In this document: positions 19,449 through 28,537 of the stretch, one piece after another
Layout of the letters: every line of letters begins with the position of its first letter
How positions within the stretch are numbered: the first letter of the stretch is position 1
Source: Thermomicrobiales bacterium
GTDB lineage: Bacteria > Chloroflexota > Chloroflexia > Thermomicrobiales > UBA6265
Reading direction: 5' to 3'
DNA length: 60,612 nt
NCBI GenBank assembly: GCA_020853615.1
Contig: JADYYO010000074.1
Location: 1-60,612, forward strand
Notes under the pieces: generated by a model
The model's database searches: none
What the model was told of the DNA's origin: nothing
What the model saw: only the letters and a program-made list of their open reading frames with translations
Position numbers and translations under genes: made by a program

Positions 19449-19982
19449 GTGTTGAATCGGCCCGAGCGGCTCGTCTTCCGGGACGCTCACTGGTCCCTCA
19501 TGATCGTCCATCTGCAAGTGTGCCTCCCAGAAGAAGGGGTCGGGCTCCTGTCTGTCATTGAAGGGGATAACGCGCTAGTCTCGGCCCAGTACTATCCAGG
19601 CCGGAACGTCGACGCCTCGAGGACCCGGTATACAATGGACCCGGAGCAGGTGCTGGCGGCATTCCGCGACATGGCGTGGAGGGGAACGAAGCTCGGCGCG
19701 ATCGTGCATTCGCACCCGCGCACCCCGCCAACGCCGTCACGGCTCGATCTCGCCGAGGCCACGCTGCCAAACGTGCTGGTGGTGATCGCCGGATTTGAAC
19801 CGGTGCTCGATGTTCGTGCATGGCGGCTCGAGGTCGATACTGCCGGGCGGGCGATCGGCGGACGTGAGGTGACGATTACCGTTCTCCCACGCGAAGCAGA
19901 GCACCGCGGCCGGATCGGCGCACAACGAATCGATCGGGCGGGCGGCGAGGAGCCGCTCGACCAGTTGGAGAGGCGAAGATGA
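19449..19982 (+). CDS. JAMM/MPN+ family metalloprotease (Mov34/Mec-like)
   Basis: ORF 19395..19982(+). Complete JAMM motif: PEEGVGLL (Glu) followed by HSHPRTPPTPSRLD (HxH-x7-S-x2-D). Start ambiguous: ATG 19395 overlaps pucR, and GTG 19449 fits the alignment to the Mec N-terminus as I recall it. Confidence 0.8.
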   Translation: MLNRPERLVFRDAHWSLMIVHLQVCLPEEGVGLLSVIEGDNALVSAQYYPGRNVDASRTRYTMDPEQVLAAFRDMAWRGTKLGAIVHSHPRTPPTPSRLDLAEATLPNVLVVIAGFEPVLDVRAWRLEVDTAGRAIGGREVTITVLPREAEHRGRIGAQRIDRAGGEEPLDQLERRR

Positions 19983-20593
19983 ACGCGGCCGCGACCGATG
20001 GGCGCTTCAGCGCGGGAGCTGGCATGGCCATTGGCCAGCTCTCCAACGATGATCTGATCATTCGATTGAAGAACACCCCCAACCATCTCTCGCGCTGGCT
20101 CACGCCGATCCATGACCTGTCGATCCTCGAGAACGTTTCACGGCGTGGAGAGCCGTCGGTCAAGGATGTGCTGATCGCGATGCGCGACACCGAGGCTCGA
20201 GCCTACTCGCTGATGCACGCCATCGCCACGCAGGTCAACCCCGATCTCGACCGCGTGCCGCGCATCGAGCGCACCGAGGCGCAGATCGCATCCGACCGGG
20301 CCAGCAACGCGCTGGTCATCATGTCGGGTTTTCGGCGCGTGCGAGAGAGCACGACGTCGCTCTTGCGGGCGCTGCCGGACGCCGCGTGGGAGCGTGGAGG
20401 CTACAGCCGGGCCGAACGAAGCTGGACGATCCGTGAGCTAGCAGAATTCTTGGCCGAATCGGATCGCGAGAAGCTCGCCGAGATCGACCGCATCCTGGAG
20501 CAGCGCGGCGCGCGAGAAGGCATCGCGGCCGTGTCTCGCGTCGATCTCGCATCGATCACCGTGCCCTTTCCGCCGACGACCCGGCGGGGATAG
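19979..20593 (+). CDS. DinB-like four-helix-bundle hypothetical protein that appears to lack the His triad
   Basis: ATGA overlap with the JAMM gene stop. The pattern resembles the DinB_2 fold (GEPSVKDVLIAMRDTE..., WTIRELAEFLAESDREKLAEIDRIL), but the usual metal-binding His positions are not His. Weak assignment. Confidence 0.5.
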   Translation: MNAAATDGRFSAGAGMAIGQLSNDDLIIRLKNTPNHLSRWLTPIHDLSILENVSRRGEPSVKDVLIAMRDTEARAYSLMHAIATQVNPDLDRVPRIERTEAQIASDRASNALVIMSGFRRVRESTTSLLRALPDAAWERGGYSRAERSWTIRELAEFLAESDREKLAEIDRILEQRGAREGIAAVSRVDLASITVPFPPTTRRG

Positions 20594-20638
20594 CCCGGTG
20601 CTGATGCGGTCGACGGTCGAGTTCGGGTAGAGACGGGG

Positions 20639-21064
20639 ATGGACGACGAGCGCGCGGTAACGAGCCAGGCAGAGAGCGCGGCGGACCTGGGACGGGAGTT
20701 CTTCGCCGCGATCGACGCGCGCGACCCGCGCCGACTCCGCGCCACGCTCGCCAACCACGCCTCCTTCCGCGCCCTGCCTCACCGCGACGTGATCCGGCCA
20801 GCCGACGAGATCGTCGCCTATTTCGGCACGGTCGTCAGTTCATATCCGACCGCGCGCTGGGATGTTACCGACGTCATTTCGGACGGCGAGCGCGCCGCCG
20901 TGCAGTTCACCCTCCGCGAGTACGCCGCTCACCTCGGCCGCGAGCTCCTCTCCGAGCAGATTGCCGTCTTCAGGACGAGTGGCGGCAAGATCACCAGCAT
21001 CGTCGGGTACTACGATGCGGAGGAGTTTCGCGGCCAATTCTGGAACGACGCGCCGGCCCCGTAA
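20639..21064 (+). CDS. SnoaL/NTF2-like domain protein
   Basis: 141 aa. Typical SnoaL-like layout (REFFAAIDARDPRRLRATLANHASF..., ISDGERAAVQFTL..., GGKITSIVGYYD). Confidence 0.7.
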   Translation: MDDERAVTSQAESAADLGREFFAAIDARDPRRLRATLANHASFRALPHRDVIRPADEIVAYFGTVVSSYPTARWDVTDVISDGERAAVQFTLREYAAHLGRELLSEQIAVFRTSGGKITSIVGYYDAEEFRGQFWNDAPAP

Positions 21065-21128
21065 TCCCCGAGAGAGGTCGTTGACCCGTGAACCAGCAAC
21101 CCGTTCCCGATGCGCCGCGAGATGACCG

Positions 21129-23399
21129 ATGAGTAGCCAGTCTCTCGCCGACGCGCGGCCTCTGGTAGATGAGCGCTCCGAGGCGGCGTCGCGCGAGTTC
21201 GAGAGCCACCTGCGCGATGCCCTCGAAAACCCTCGGCTGAGCCGGACCCTGACATCCTTCCAGCAAGGGTGGCGCAGCGCGCGCGATCAGGCGACCGGCG
21301 AGGTCGATTTTCCGGCACTGCGCTCGCGGATGAAGCAGGCGAAGAGCGCCGTGACGAGCGACTTGGAGGGGTACGTCGAGCGTTTCCGGCGAGCCGCGGA
21401 AGCGGCGGGCGCGGCGGTCCACTTCGCGGCCGATGCCGACACCGCGAACCGCATCATCCTCGGACTCGCGCGTGAGCGAGACGTCTCGCTGATCGCCAAG
21501 TCGAAGTCGATGGTCAGCGAGGAGATCGGGTTCAACCACCGCGCGGAGGATGAAGGCGTGCGAGTGGTCGAGACCGATCTCGGCGAGTGGCTCGTCCAGA
21601 TCCGGCACGAGCGGCCTAGCCACATGGTGATGCCGGCTGTCCATCTATCGCGGCAGGAGATCGGCGCCGACATGACGGCGACGCTCGGCCGTGAGATCTC
21701 GCGCGACGACATCTCGGAGCAGGTGCATGCCGCTCGTGACGAGATCCGCCAGGCGTTTTTCGCCGCCGGAATGGGAATTACCGGCGCCAATGCGCTCATC
21801 GCCGAATCGGGCACGGTGATGATGGTGACGAACGAGGGGAACGGGCGGCTCTGCGCCTCGCTCCCCCCGGTGCACGTCGTCCTCGCGGGCATCGAAAAGC
21901 TCGTGCCGACGTTTGACGAGGCGATGACCCAGATCCGGCTGCTTGGCCGCTCCGGCACCGCCCAGCGCATCACCAGCTACACCACCTTCATCACGGGGCC
22001 GACGCCGGGGCACGAGATGCACATCGTGCTGGTCGACAACGGGCGACGGGTCATGCAGGCGCTACCCGAGTTCACCGAGGCCCTCCACTGCATTCGCTGC
22101 GGCGCCTGCGCCAACGTCTGCCCGCCCTATCGCGAGGTGGGAGGCCACGCCTTCGGCTACATCTACACCGGCGCCATCGGCCTGGTCGTGACCGGCTTTC
22201 TGAACGGGTTGGAGCATGCGGCCGGTCCGCAGAGCCTCTGCCTCTCCTGCAATGCCTGCGAGACGGTCTGCCCGGTCGGCATCCCGCTCCCCCGGCAAAT
22301 CCTCGACGTACGGGGGATGGTCGTCGACGAATACGGGATGAAGGAGCCGAAGCAGGCGATCCTCAGCCTCTACGCGCGGCCGAAGCTCTCCAACCTCGCG
22401 TTCAAGATCGCGCGCCGGATGCAGCGGCCAGTCTTGCGAGATCAACGTCTCCTGCGGGCGCGGAAGGAGCCGGTGCTGCGCGGGCTGACCCGGTGGCGAT
22501 CCCTGCCGGCGCTGGCCGACCCGCCGTTGCACGAGCGCATCCCGCACGACCTCGAGCTGCCGGCGGACGAACCGGTGGTGGCGAACGGTCTCGCGGGGAA
22601 GCGGGTGGCGATCTTTCCCGGCTGCATGACCGACAACCTCTACCCGGCGCAGGGCGAAGCGATGGTCAAGTCACTCCGCGCGCTGGGGGCGACCGTCGTC
22701 TATCCGCGGGGGCTGCACTGCTGCGGGCTGCCGGCCCTCAACTCCGGCGACGTCCGGCATGGGACCTGGATGGCACGGCAGACGATCAAGGCGCTGGAGG
22801 GGTGCGAGGTCGATTACATCGTCTCGGGCAGCGCGAGCTGCGTGGCGACGCTGGCGCAGGATTACCTCCACGTCTTTCGCGGCGCGCGCTCCTGGCTGCA
22901 GCGGGCGCAGTGCATCGCCGAGAAGGTGCGCGATTTCACGACCCTGATTGACGAGGTCGCCCAGCTCCCCGCCGGGAGCCTGGCGCACGCGGAGCCGCGC
23001 GTCATTGCCTACCACGACTCCTGCCAGGGGTTGAACGCCCTCGGCCTGCGGGACGAGCCTCGCCGCATCCTGGCCTCCGTGCTCGGGCACGACGTGCGGG
23101 ATCTGGCCGAGTCGCGCGTTTGCTGTGGCTTCGGCGGCAGCTTCTCCTTCGACTACCCGGAAATCAGCGAGCGGCTGATGAACCGGAAGCTCGATGATAT
23201 CGACGCGACCGGCACGCTCGAGGTCGTCACCGACAATCAGGGCTGTATCATGCAGATTCGCGGCGGCAGCGACGCCCAGGGACGGCAATTCCGCGTCCGG
23301 CATATCGCGGAGCTGCTGGCGGAGGGGATCGCGGCGACGGCGGCGCTGCACGGCGCTGCTCCGGCGTTGGGCGAGGTCGATGGCGCAGCGACCGTTTGA
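21129..23399 (+). CDS. LutB-LutA fusion: LUD/DUF162 domain + 2x[4Fe-4S] + C-terminal CCG cysteine-rich domains (lactate-utilisation-type Fe-S oxidoreductase)
   Basis: LutB-type KSKSMVSEEIGFN...ETDLGEWLVQI...PSHMVMPAVH. Ferredoxin motifs CIRCGACANVCP and CLSCNACETVCP. LutA/GlcF-like CCG region VAIFPGCMTDN...GLHCCGLP and YHDSCQG...VCCGFGG. Confidence 0.85.
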   Translation: MSSQSLADARPLVDERSEAASREFESHLRDALENPRLSRTLTSFQQGWRSARDQATGEVDFPALRSRMKQAKSAVTSDLEGYVERFRRAAEAAGAAVHFAADADTANRIILGLARERDVSLIAKSKSMVSEEIGFNHRAEDEGVRVVETDLGEWLVQIRHERPSHMVMPAVHLSRQEIGADMTATLGREISRDDISEQVHAARDEIRQAFFAAGMGITGANALIAESGTVMMVTNEGNGRLCASLPPVHVVLAGIEKLVPTFDEAMTQIRLLGRSGTAQRITSYTTFITGPTPGHEMHIVLVDNGRRVMQALPEFTEALHCIRCGACANVCPPYREVGGHAFGYIYTGAIGLVVTGFLNGLEHAAGPQSLCLSCNACETVCPVGIPLPRQILDVRGMVVDEYGMKEPKQAILSLYARPKLSNLAFKIARRMQRPVLRDQRLLRARKEPVLRGLTRWRSLPALADPPLHERIPHDLELPADEPVVANGLAGKRVAIFPGCMTDNLYPAQGEAMVKSLRALGATVVYPRGLHCCGLPALNSGDVRHGTWMARQTIKALEGCEVDYIVSGSASCVATLAQDYLHVFRGARSWLQRAQCIAEKVRDFTTLIDEVAQLPAGSLAHAEPRVIAYHDSCQGLNALGLRDEPRRILASVLGHDVRDLAESRVCCGFGGSFSFDYPEISERLMNRKLDDIDATGTLEVVTDNQGCIMQIRGGSDAQGRQFRVRHIAELLAEGIAATAALHGAAPALGEVDGAATV

Positions 23400-24177
23400 G
23401 CCGCTCCCGCGGGCGATCTTCTTCGATCTCGATGACACCCTCTGCGACTATGCCGCGGCGCGGCGGTCGCGCCTACGCTACGCCTTCAGTCTCGGCACTG
23501 ACGGCCAGCCCATCGCGCGTCCGGGCGTCGATCTGGAGCGGATGATCGCCGAGTCGATCGCCATGCACCCGCACGGCGTCGATCACTTCGAGGCGCTCTT
23601 CGCCCGTCATGGACGTTTGGACCCCGGGGAGGCGCGGGCGGCTTCCGACTGGTACCGCACCAACCGCTTCCACGATCTCGATCTCTTCCCTGAGGCAGAT
23701 GCGGTGTTGAGGGCGGTGCGGCGCGCGCAGACGCCGGGGCCGAGCGGCCATGAGCGCGCGATCGGGATCATCACCAATGGCCCGGCGGAGGTGCAGCGAG
23801 CCAAGTTCGAGCGCCTCGGCCTTGCGGAGCTTGTCGACTTCGTCATCATTTCGGGCGAGTTCGGCGCGGCCAAGCCCGATCGCGCCGTCTTCGAGGAGGC
23901 GTTGCGGAGGAGTGGCGCGACGGCCGAGGATGCCATCTTCGTCGGCGATGCGCCGGAGTTCGACATTGCCGGGGCGCAGGGCGCGGGGATCCGCTCGGTC
24001 TGGGTTAACCGCGACGGCGTGGCCTGGGCATCGCCAAGCGCGCCGCCATGCCGCGTGATTCGGCGGATCGAGGAGTTGCCGCCACTTGTCGGTTCGGACA
24101 TAGGCGCTCCATCTGCGTTCGTGGCAACTCGGCGTGCCCAAGCAACCGTGACGAATGAAGGGTCGACTGATGGCTGA
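23380..24177 (+). CDS. HAD-superfamily hydrolase (subfamily IA-like)
   Basis: ORF 23194..24177(+). Start taken as ATG 23380 (MAQRPFEPLPRAIFFDLDDTL, the DxDxT motif). Also IITNG and VGDAPEFDIAGAQGAG. Overlaps the lutBA 3' end by 20 nt. Confidence 0.85.
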   Translation: MAQRPFEPLPRAIFFDLDDTLCDYAAARRSRLRYAFSLGTDGQPIARPGVDLERMIAESIAMHPHGVDHFEALFARHGRLDPGEARAASDWYRTNRFHDLDLFPEADAVLRAVRRAQTPGPSGHERAIGIITNGPAEVQRAKFERLGLAELVDFVIISGEFGAAKPDRAVFEEALRRSGATAEDAIFVGDAPEFDIAGAQGAGIRSVWVNRDGVAWASPSAPPCRVIRRIEELPPLVGSDIGAPSAFVATRRAQATVTNEGSTDG

Positions 24178-24326
24178 CGCACGAGCGGTGAAGAGATGGC
24201 AGTTGAGCACCTCGGGTGCCTGATGACCCGTCCAATTCGCGCGTTGCACGCGCAGAAGATCGGAACGGGAGTGCCGCGGCGATGACGTCTGATGTGTCGA
24301 GGTGCGGCCCGGATCGGAGGACGGCG

Positions 24327-26057
24327 ATGCTGTCCCGGGAAACGGCGCCGGCCGCATCTGGCTCGGGGATCTCGCGGCGTGCGTTGCTGCGGGGAACGGC
24401 GGCTGGCGTCTCCGCGGTGGCTCTCTCCGGTGCTGGGGCACGCGCCCAGACGCCGTTGGCGACGCCGGTCGCTACTCCGGTCGCAACGCCGGTCCCTGCG
24501 CCGCAGCGCGGCGGCGAGGTGCGATTGATGCGCCCCGGCCACCTGACGGCGAATTTCAACCCGAGCGCTTTCGCTCAGGATCCACAGGTGCCGTGGAGCT
24601 ACCTCGAGCCTCTGGTGCGGGCCGATCCGGCGTCGCTCGCGCCGACGCCGTGGCTCGCCGAGCGATGGGAGTGGGATGCGGAGGGGTTGGAGCTTCTGCT
24701 CACCCTACGCGATGGCGTGCAGTGGCACGACGGGATGCCATTTGACGCCGACGATGCCGCCTTCTCGTACACCGTCTATCAACGTGACACCGATTCGGCC
24801 GTCAGCGGGCTCTTCGAGCTCGTCACGTCCGTCGAAGCCATCTCGCGACGTCAAGTGCGCGTCCGCTTCGCCGAGCGGGACGGCACATGGCTCTTCAACG
24901 CCGCCACCCTGCCGATCTTCTCGCGCCGGCAGTACGAGGCGTACTGGGATGCGCTCCCGGAAGGTGGCCGCACCCTTTCGGACTTCGACTGGAATAGCTC
25001 GCCGCCGATCGGGACCGGGCCATGGCGAGTGGAGACCTGGGATGACGAGCACATCGCGTTCACCCGGTTCGATGACTACTGGAGCGAGCCGGCATGGCTT
25101 GACCGATACGAGGTGGCCTTCGAAGAGGGGAGCCAGAAGCGTCTCGACGCCTGGGAATCGGGCCGCGCCCAGATCCTCTGGCCGGTTCCGGCGCAATCGG
25201 CCGCCGAGACCGCGAAATCGGCGGGTGAGGTGGTGGCTGCCCCGGCCGCGTCGGTCATGTTCGCGGCGTTCAACTTCGCGAACCCGAACCAGCCGAACGG
25301 GAGTCTCTGGACCGACGTGCAGGTCCGTCGCGCGGCGGCGATGGCGATCGACCGGGAGCGCTATGCGCGGGAGGTCTTCGCCGGGCATATCCAGGCCCGC
25401 GCGGCGGGGACCGTGGCCCAGCCGTGGGCGCACGATGCCACGATCACCGCGCCGGCGATGAGCCGGGAGGCGGCCTCGATCCTCCTCGGCGAGGCGGGTT
25501 GGCTCGATTACGACGGCGACGGATTCCGCGAGGACCCGAACGGGGTCCCGTTGCGGCCGGTGACAATCGTCCGCGACGACATGCCGCCGGCGTTGATCGC
25601 GGTGCTGGCGCGGGTCGCCCGCGACCTGGCGGAGGTCGGCATCGGTATGACGGTCGAGGTTCTGCCGCCCGAGGAGTTCGACCCCCGTTGGATCGACAGC
25701 CGCGACTACGATCTGATCGCCTACGCCTACGACCTGCTGCCCGGCTTCACCGACTACGATCTCTATGGGTCGGCGTGGGACATCAGGACGAACCCGGCGG
25801 GGTGGAACCCGGGTGGATACAGCAACCCCGACGCCGACGCGGCGATTGTCGACTACCTTGCCGCCGCCTCGCTGTCACGCCAGAAGGTCGCGCTGTCGCG
25901 CTTGCAGCACGCCGTCACCGACGATCTCTTCGGCCTCTGGTTCGGCTTTCCCGACGACCTGATCCTCGTGGCGAGGGGCGTCCACGGGTTCGCGCCGGAC
26001 ATGGCCTGGCAGACGGCGCAGACCTGGAAGCTCTGGCTCGGGGAAGCGGGAGACTGA
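24327..26057 (+). CDS. ABC transporter substrate-binding protein, family 5 (peptide/nickel type), with Tat signal
   Basis: ORF 24216..26057(+). ATG 24327 has GGAGG 6 nt upstream. Twin-arginine signal ISRRALLRGTAAG...GAGARA. Followed by an (ATPV)x3 linker from a 12-nt tandem at 24459-24494. Confidence 0.85.
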   Translation: MLSRETAPAASGSGISRRALLRGTAAGVSAVALSGAGARAQTPLATPVATPVATPVPAPQRGGEVRLMRPGHLTANFNPSAFAQDPQVPWSYLEPLVRADPASLAPTPWLAERWEWDAEGLELLLTLRDGVQWHDGMPFDADDAAFSYTVYQRDTDSAVSGLFELVTSVEAISRRQVRVRFAERDGTWLFNAATLPIFSRRQYEAYWDALPEGGRTLSDFDWNSSPPIGTGPWRVETWDDEHIAFTRFDDYWSEPAWLDRYEVAFEEGSQKRLDAWESGRAQILWPVPAQSAAETAKSAGEVVAAPAASVMFAAFNFANPNQPNGSLWTDVQVRRAAAMAIDRERYAREVFAGHIQARAAGTVAQPWAHDATITAPAMSREAASILLGEAGWLDYDGDGFREDPNGVPLRPVTIVRDDMPPALIAVLARVARDLAEVGIGMTVEVLPPEEFDPRWIDSRDYDLIAYAYDLLPGFTDYDLYGSAWDIRTNPAGWNPGGYSNPDADAAIVDYLAAASLSRQKVALSRLQHAVTDDLFGLWFGFPDDLILVARGVHGFAPDMAWQTAQTWKLWLGEAGD

Positions 26058-26076
26058 ATTCCAGGGTGGCTCTCGC

Positions 26077-26262
26077 TCAGGACTCCTCGGGCGTCGCCTG
26101 CCCGGAGAAGCCCGGGGGGTCGCTCGCGGGGAATGACTCCTTGTCGGCTTCCGCGACGTCGGCCCGCTCGTCGCGCTCCTCCTCCGTGGGTCTCGCGCCA
26201 CTCTCCTCGTCAGTCGTGTAAATCACCTTGCCGAGTCCCGCTCGATCCTTGTCGTCAGTCAC
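26077..26262 (-). CDS. Small (61 aa) acidic hypothetical protein with an SFPASDPP motif
   Basis: GTG start at 26262 with AGGAGA 6 nt upstream. Lies 128 nt downstream of otsA on the same strand. Confidence 0.6.
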   Translation of the reverse strand: MTDDKDRAGLGKVIYTTDEESGARPTEEERDERADVAEADKESFPASDPPGFSGQATPEES

Positions 26263-26390
26263 ATCAGGTCTCCTGTGTCAAAGCGTCGCGTTCGCGATCA
26301 ACGACCATCGCTGCCCGTGGATTTCACGTCCCTCGGGCGGCAGCGTTTTCGCGGCGCGGCCAGCGGGTCATTGCAGCCCGCGTGCCCCGG

Positions 26391-28034
26391 TCATGCGCCC
26401 GCGGTCGAGACCCGCTCCGCGCCGGTCAGCGGCACGATGTTGGGTGGCAGTTCCGCGGCCTCTTCTTCCGCTGCCGGCTCCTCGTCGTACGCTTCCAGGT
26501 CATTGACCTGATTCTCGAACCAGGTCGCGACGTCATCGCTCTCGACCGACCGGCGCAGGCCCTCGGCGCGGCGGCGGCGCTCCTCGAGCGGCATGGTCAG
26601 CGCGTGATAGATCGCCTCGGCCGTCCCCTCCACGTCGGTCGGCCCGATGATGATGGCGTGCTCCCCGAGTTGGCTGACCGCGCCCGCGCCCTCCGAAAGA
26701 ATGAGAACGCCGTTCCGCTCGTTGAGCAGCGCGCCCTCCTTTGCCACCAGGTTCATGCCGTCGATGATCGAATTGACGAGGAGGACGTCGTACCACTTCA
26801 TGGCGGCGAGGGCCCGCGGGTAGTTCTCGCCCATGATCAGATGGATCGGCTGCCAGCCGGTCTCGACATTGGCGTACTTGGCGTTGATGCGGCCAACGAC
26901 CGCGCTGACGTCGTCGAGGTAGTCCTGATACTCGATGACGTCCATGCGCGAAGGAACCGTGATCGCGACAAAATTGACGCGCCCCTGGAACTCCTTGTGC
27001 GCCTCGAGGAAGCGGTCGAAGGCGAGAAAGCCGCGCACGATATTCTTGCTTGGCTCCGCGCGGTCGACGCGGAGGACGGTGAACTCGTTCCAGTGGTTTG
27101 GCAGATACCGGTCGTGCGAGCGCGCCTCCTTGGAGTAGGCGAGGCGGCGCACCTCGGAGGCGTCGATCGAGATGGGGTAGCTGCGAACCTCGACCCGGCG
27201 GCCGCACCAGTGGACCGTGCCGGTCGCATAGTCGACCTCGGCGCCTGGCACGTACGCCTGGCAGGTGTACATGAACGACCGGCCGTGCTGCGGAGTCTGG
27301 AAGCCGACGATGTTGTTGCCGAGCATCCCTTCGCAGATCGCCCGCCGCATCTCCAGCGGCAAGAGACGCCAGTAGTCCGGGTCGGGCCAGGGGATGTGGA
27401 CGAACTGCTGCAGATTGGCATTTGGCCGCCGCTCGCGCACCATCCCGGCACAGAGGTAGAGGTGATAGTCCTGCAGCATGATGAACGGCTCGCCGTCGAC
27501 GGCGTCGGCGGCTGCGGCGATCTCGTCCGCGAACTGCCGGTTCACCTCGACGTAGCCGTTGCGCCAGGCGTCCCAGATCTCCCTGGTGATGTCCGGGGAG
27601 CGGGGCGTATCCCAGAGATAGTGCTGGAGAAACCAGAGCAGTGGGTTGCTGATGACGTTGTAGTACTGGTGATACGCTTCCGGACTCGGCACGACGAAGC
27701 GGAGCCGGAACTCTGGCGGATCGCCGAACTCGATAAGCTGCTCGCCCGCTTCCTGGGCTGCGGCCGCGCGCAGGCGGTCCCCGTCCGTCATGGCCGCGGC
27801 GATCCATATTGGCTGCCGCTCTCGCGCGACGGCGCTCACGGCGGTGACGACGCCGCCGCTCCCCTTTCTGGCGTCGAAGGCGCCGCGCCCGCGCCGGGTA
27901 AAGGTCACGGGGCCGCGATTCGAGGCGATGATCAGCGGCCGCTTCGACTCCGGTGTGTCTGCGGTTTCATCAGGGGCGTTGTCAGCCAGAGGGTCGCTCG
28001 GCGAAGCGTGTGGGGACATGGTCGCTCCTTTCAC
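26391..28034 (-). CDS. otsA: Alpha,alpha-trehalose-phosphate synthase (GT20)
   Basis: GT20 motifs IASNRGPV, NPLLWFLQHYLWD, MLQDYHLYL, FVHIPWP, GFQT. Confidence 0.9.
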   Translation of the reverse strand: MKGATMSPHASPSDPLADNAPDETADTPESKRPLIIASNRGPVTFTRRGRGAFDARKGSGGVVTAVSAVARERQPIWIAAAMTDGDRLRAAAAQEAGEQLIEFGDPPEFRLRFVVPSPEAYHQYYNVISNPLLWFLQHYLWDTPRSPDITREIWDAWRNGYVEVNRQFADEIAAAADAVDGEPFIMLQDYHLYLCAGMVRERRPNANLQQFVHIPWPDPDYWRLLPLEMRRAICEGMLGNNIVGFQTPQHGRSFMYTCQAYVPGAEVDYATGTVHWCGRRVEVRSYPISIDASEVRRLAYSKEARSHDRYLPNHWNEFTVLRVDRAEPSKNIVRGFLAFDRFLEAHKEFQGRVNFVAITVPSRMDVIEYQDYLDDVSAVVGRINAKYANVETGWQPIHLIMGENYPRALAAMKWYDVLLVNSIIDGMNLVAKEGALLNERNGVLILSEGAGAVSQLGEHAIIIGPTDVEGTAEAIYHALTMPLEERRRRAEGLRRSVESDDVATWFENQVNDLEAYDEEPAAEEEAAELPPNIVPLTGAERVSTAGA

Positions 28035-28201
28035 ACGGGATCTGCCGCCCCAGGGAGGCCGCCCATTCTAGCCTGGCACCATTATGCGCCCTGCGCCCGG
28101 AGAGCGCATCGCGCGGCGCGGTGAGGCAGCCGAGCGGCGAGCGGGCGTGCGGAGCTTGGTACACTTCCACTTTGCATGGCGACGATCTGCCGGAGTCTCA
28201 A

Positions 28202-28528
28202 GTGGTTGAACGCGTGCGGCGGGAGCCCGACGAGCGCATTTGCCCATGGTGTGAATCGAGCGATGTCACGCTGATTCAGCGTGGCTATGCCCGGCTGACG
28301 GACGAGGTCGATCAGTACGTCATCTGCGGGTCGTGCAAGAAGATCACCTACGAGATCGTGGCGAAGACTGCCCGCGAGATGCGATTGGGGCGCTACAAGC
28401 CGGGGGACATCTATCAGGATCGCTCCCAGAACACGCGCTACACCATCAGTCGGGTGCTGCGCGCTGGCCCGAATGAGTTCCTCCTCTATCTCAAGCCAAA
28501 CGCGGAGCGGGCAGGCGCCGCGCGCTGA
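28202..28528 (+). CDS. Small zinc-ribbon hypothetical protein (108 aa)
   Basis: ORF 27953..28528(+). GTG 28202 has GGAG 6 nt upstream. Four-Cys ribbon CPWC...CGSC. No family recognised. Confidence 0.55.
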   Translation: MVERVRREPDERICPWCESSDVTLIQRGYARLTDEVDQYVICGSCKKITYEIVAKTAREMRLGRYKPGDIYQDRSQNTRYTISRVLRAGPNEFLLYLKPNAERAGAAR

Positions 28529-28537
28529 AGTCCCACC

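Noticed and set aside
24459-24494. In-frame short tandem repeats as phase-variation or contingency loci: the 12-nt x3 in the substrate-binding protein and (TTCCCG)x4 at 12304-12327 in nrdJ.
   Set aside because: The unit lengths are multiples of three, so slippage would not shift the frame. Copy numbers are low, and both lie in linker regions. They most likely just encode flexible linkers.
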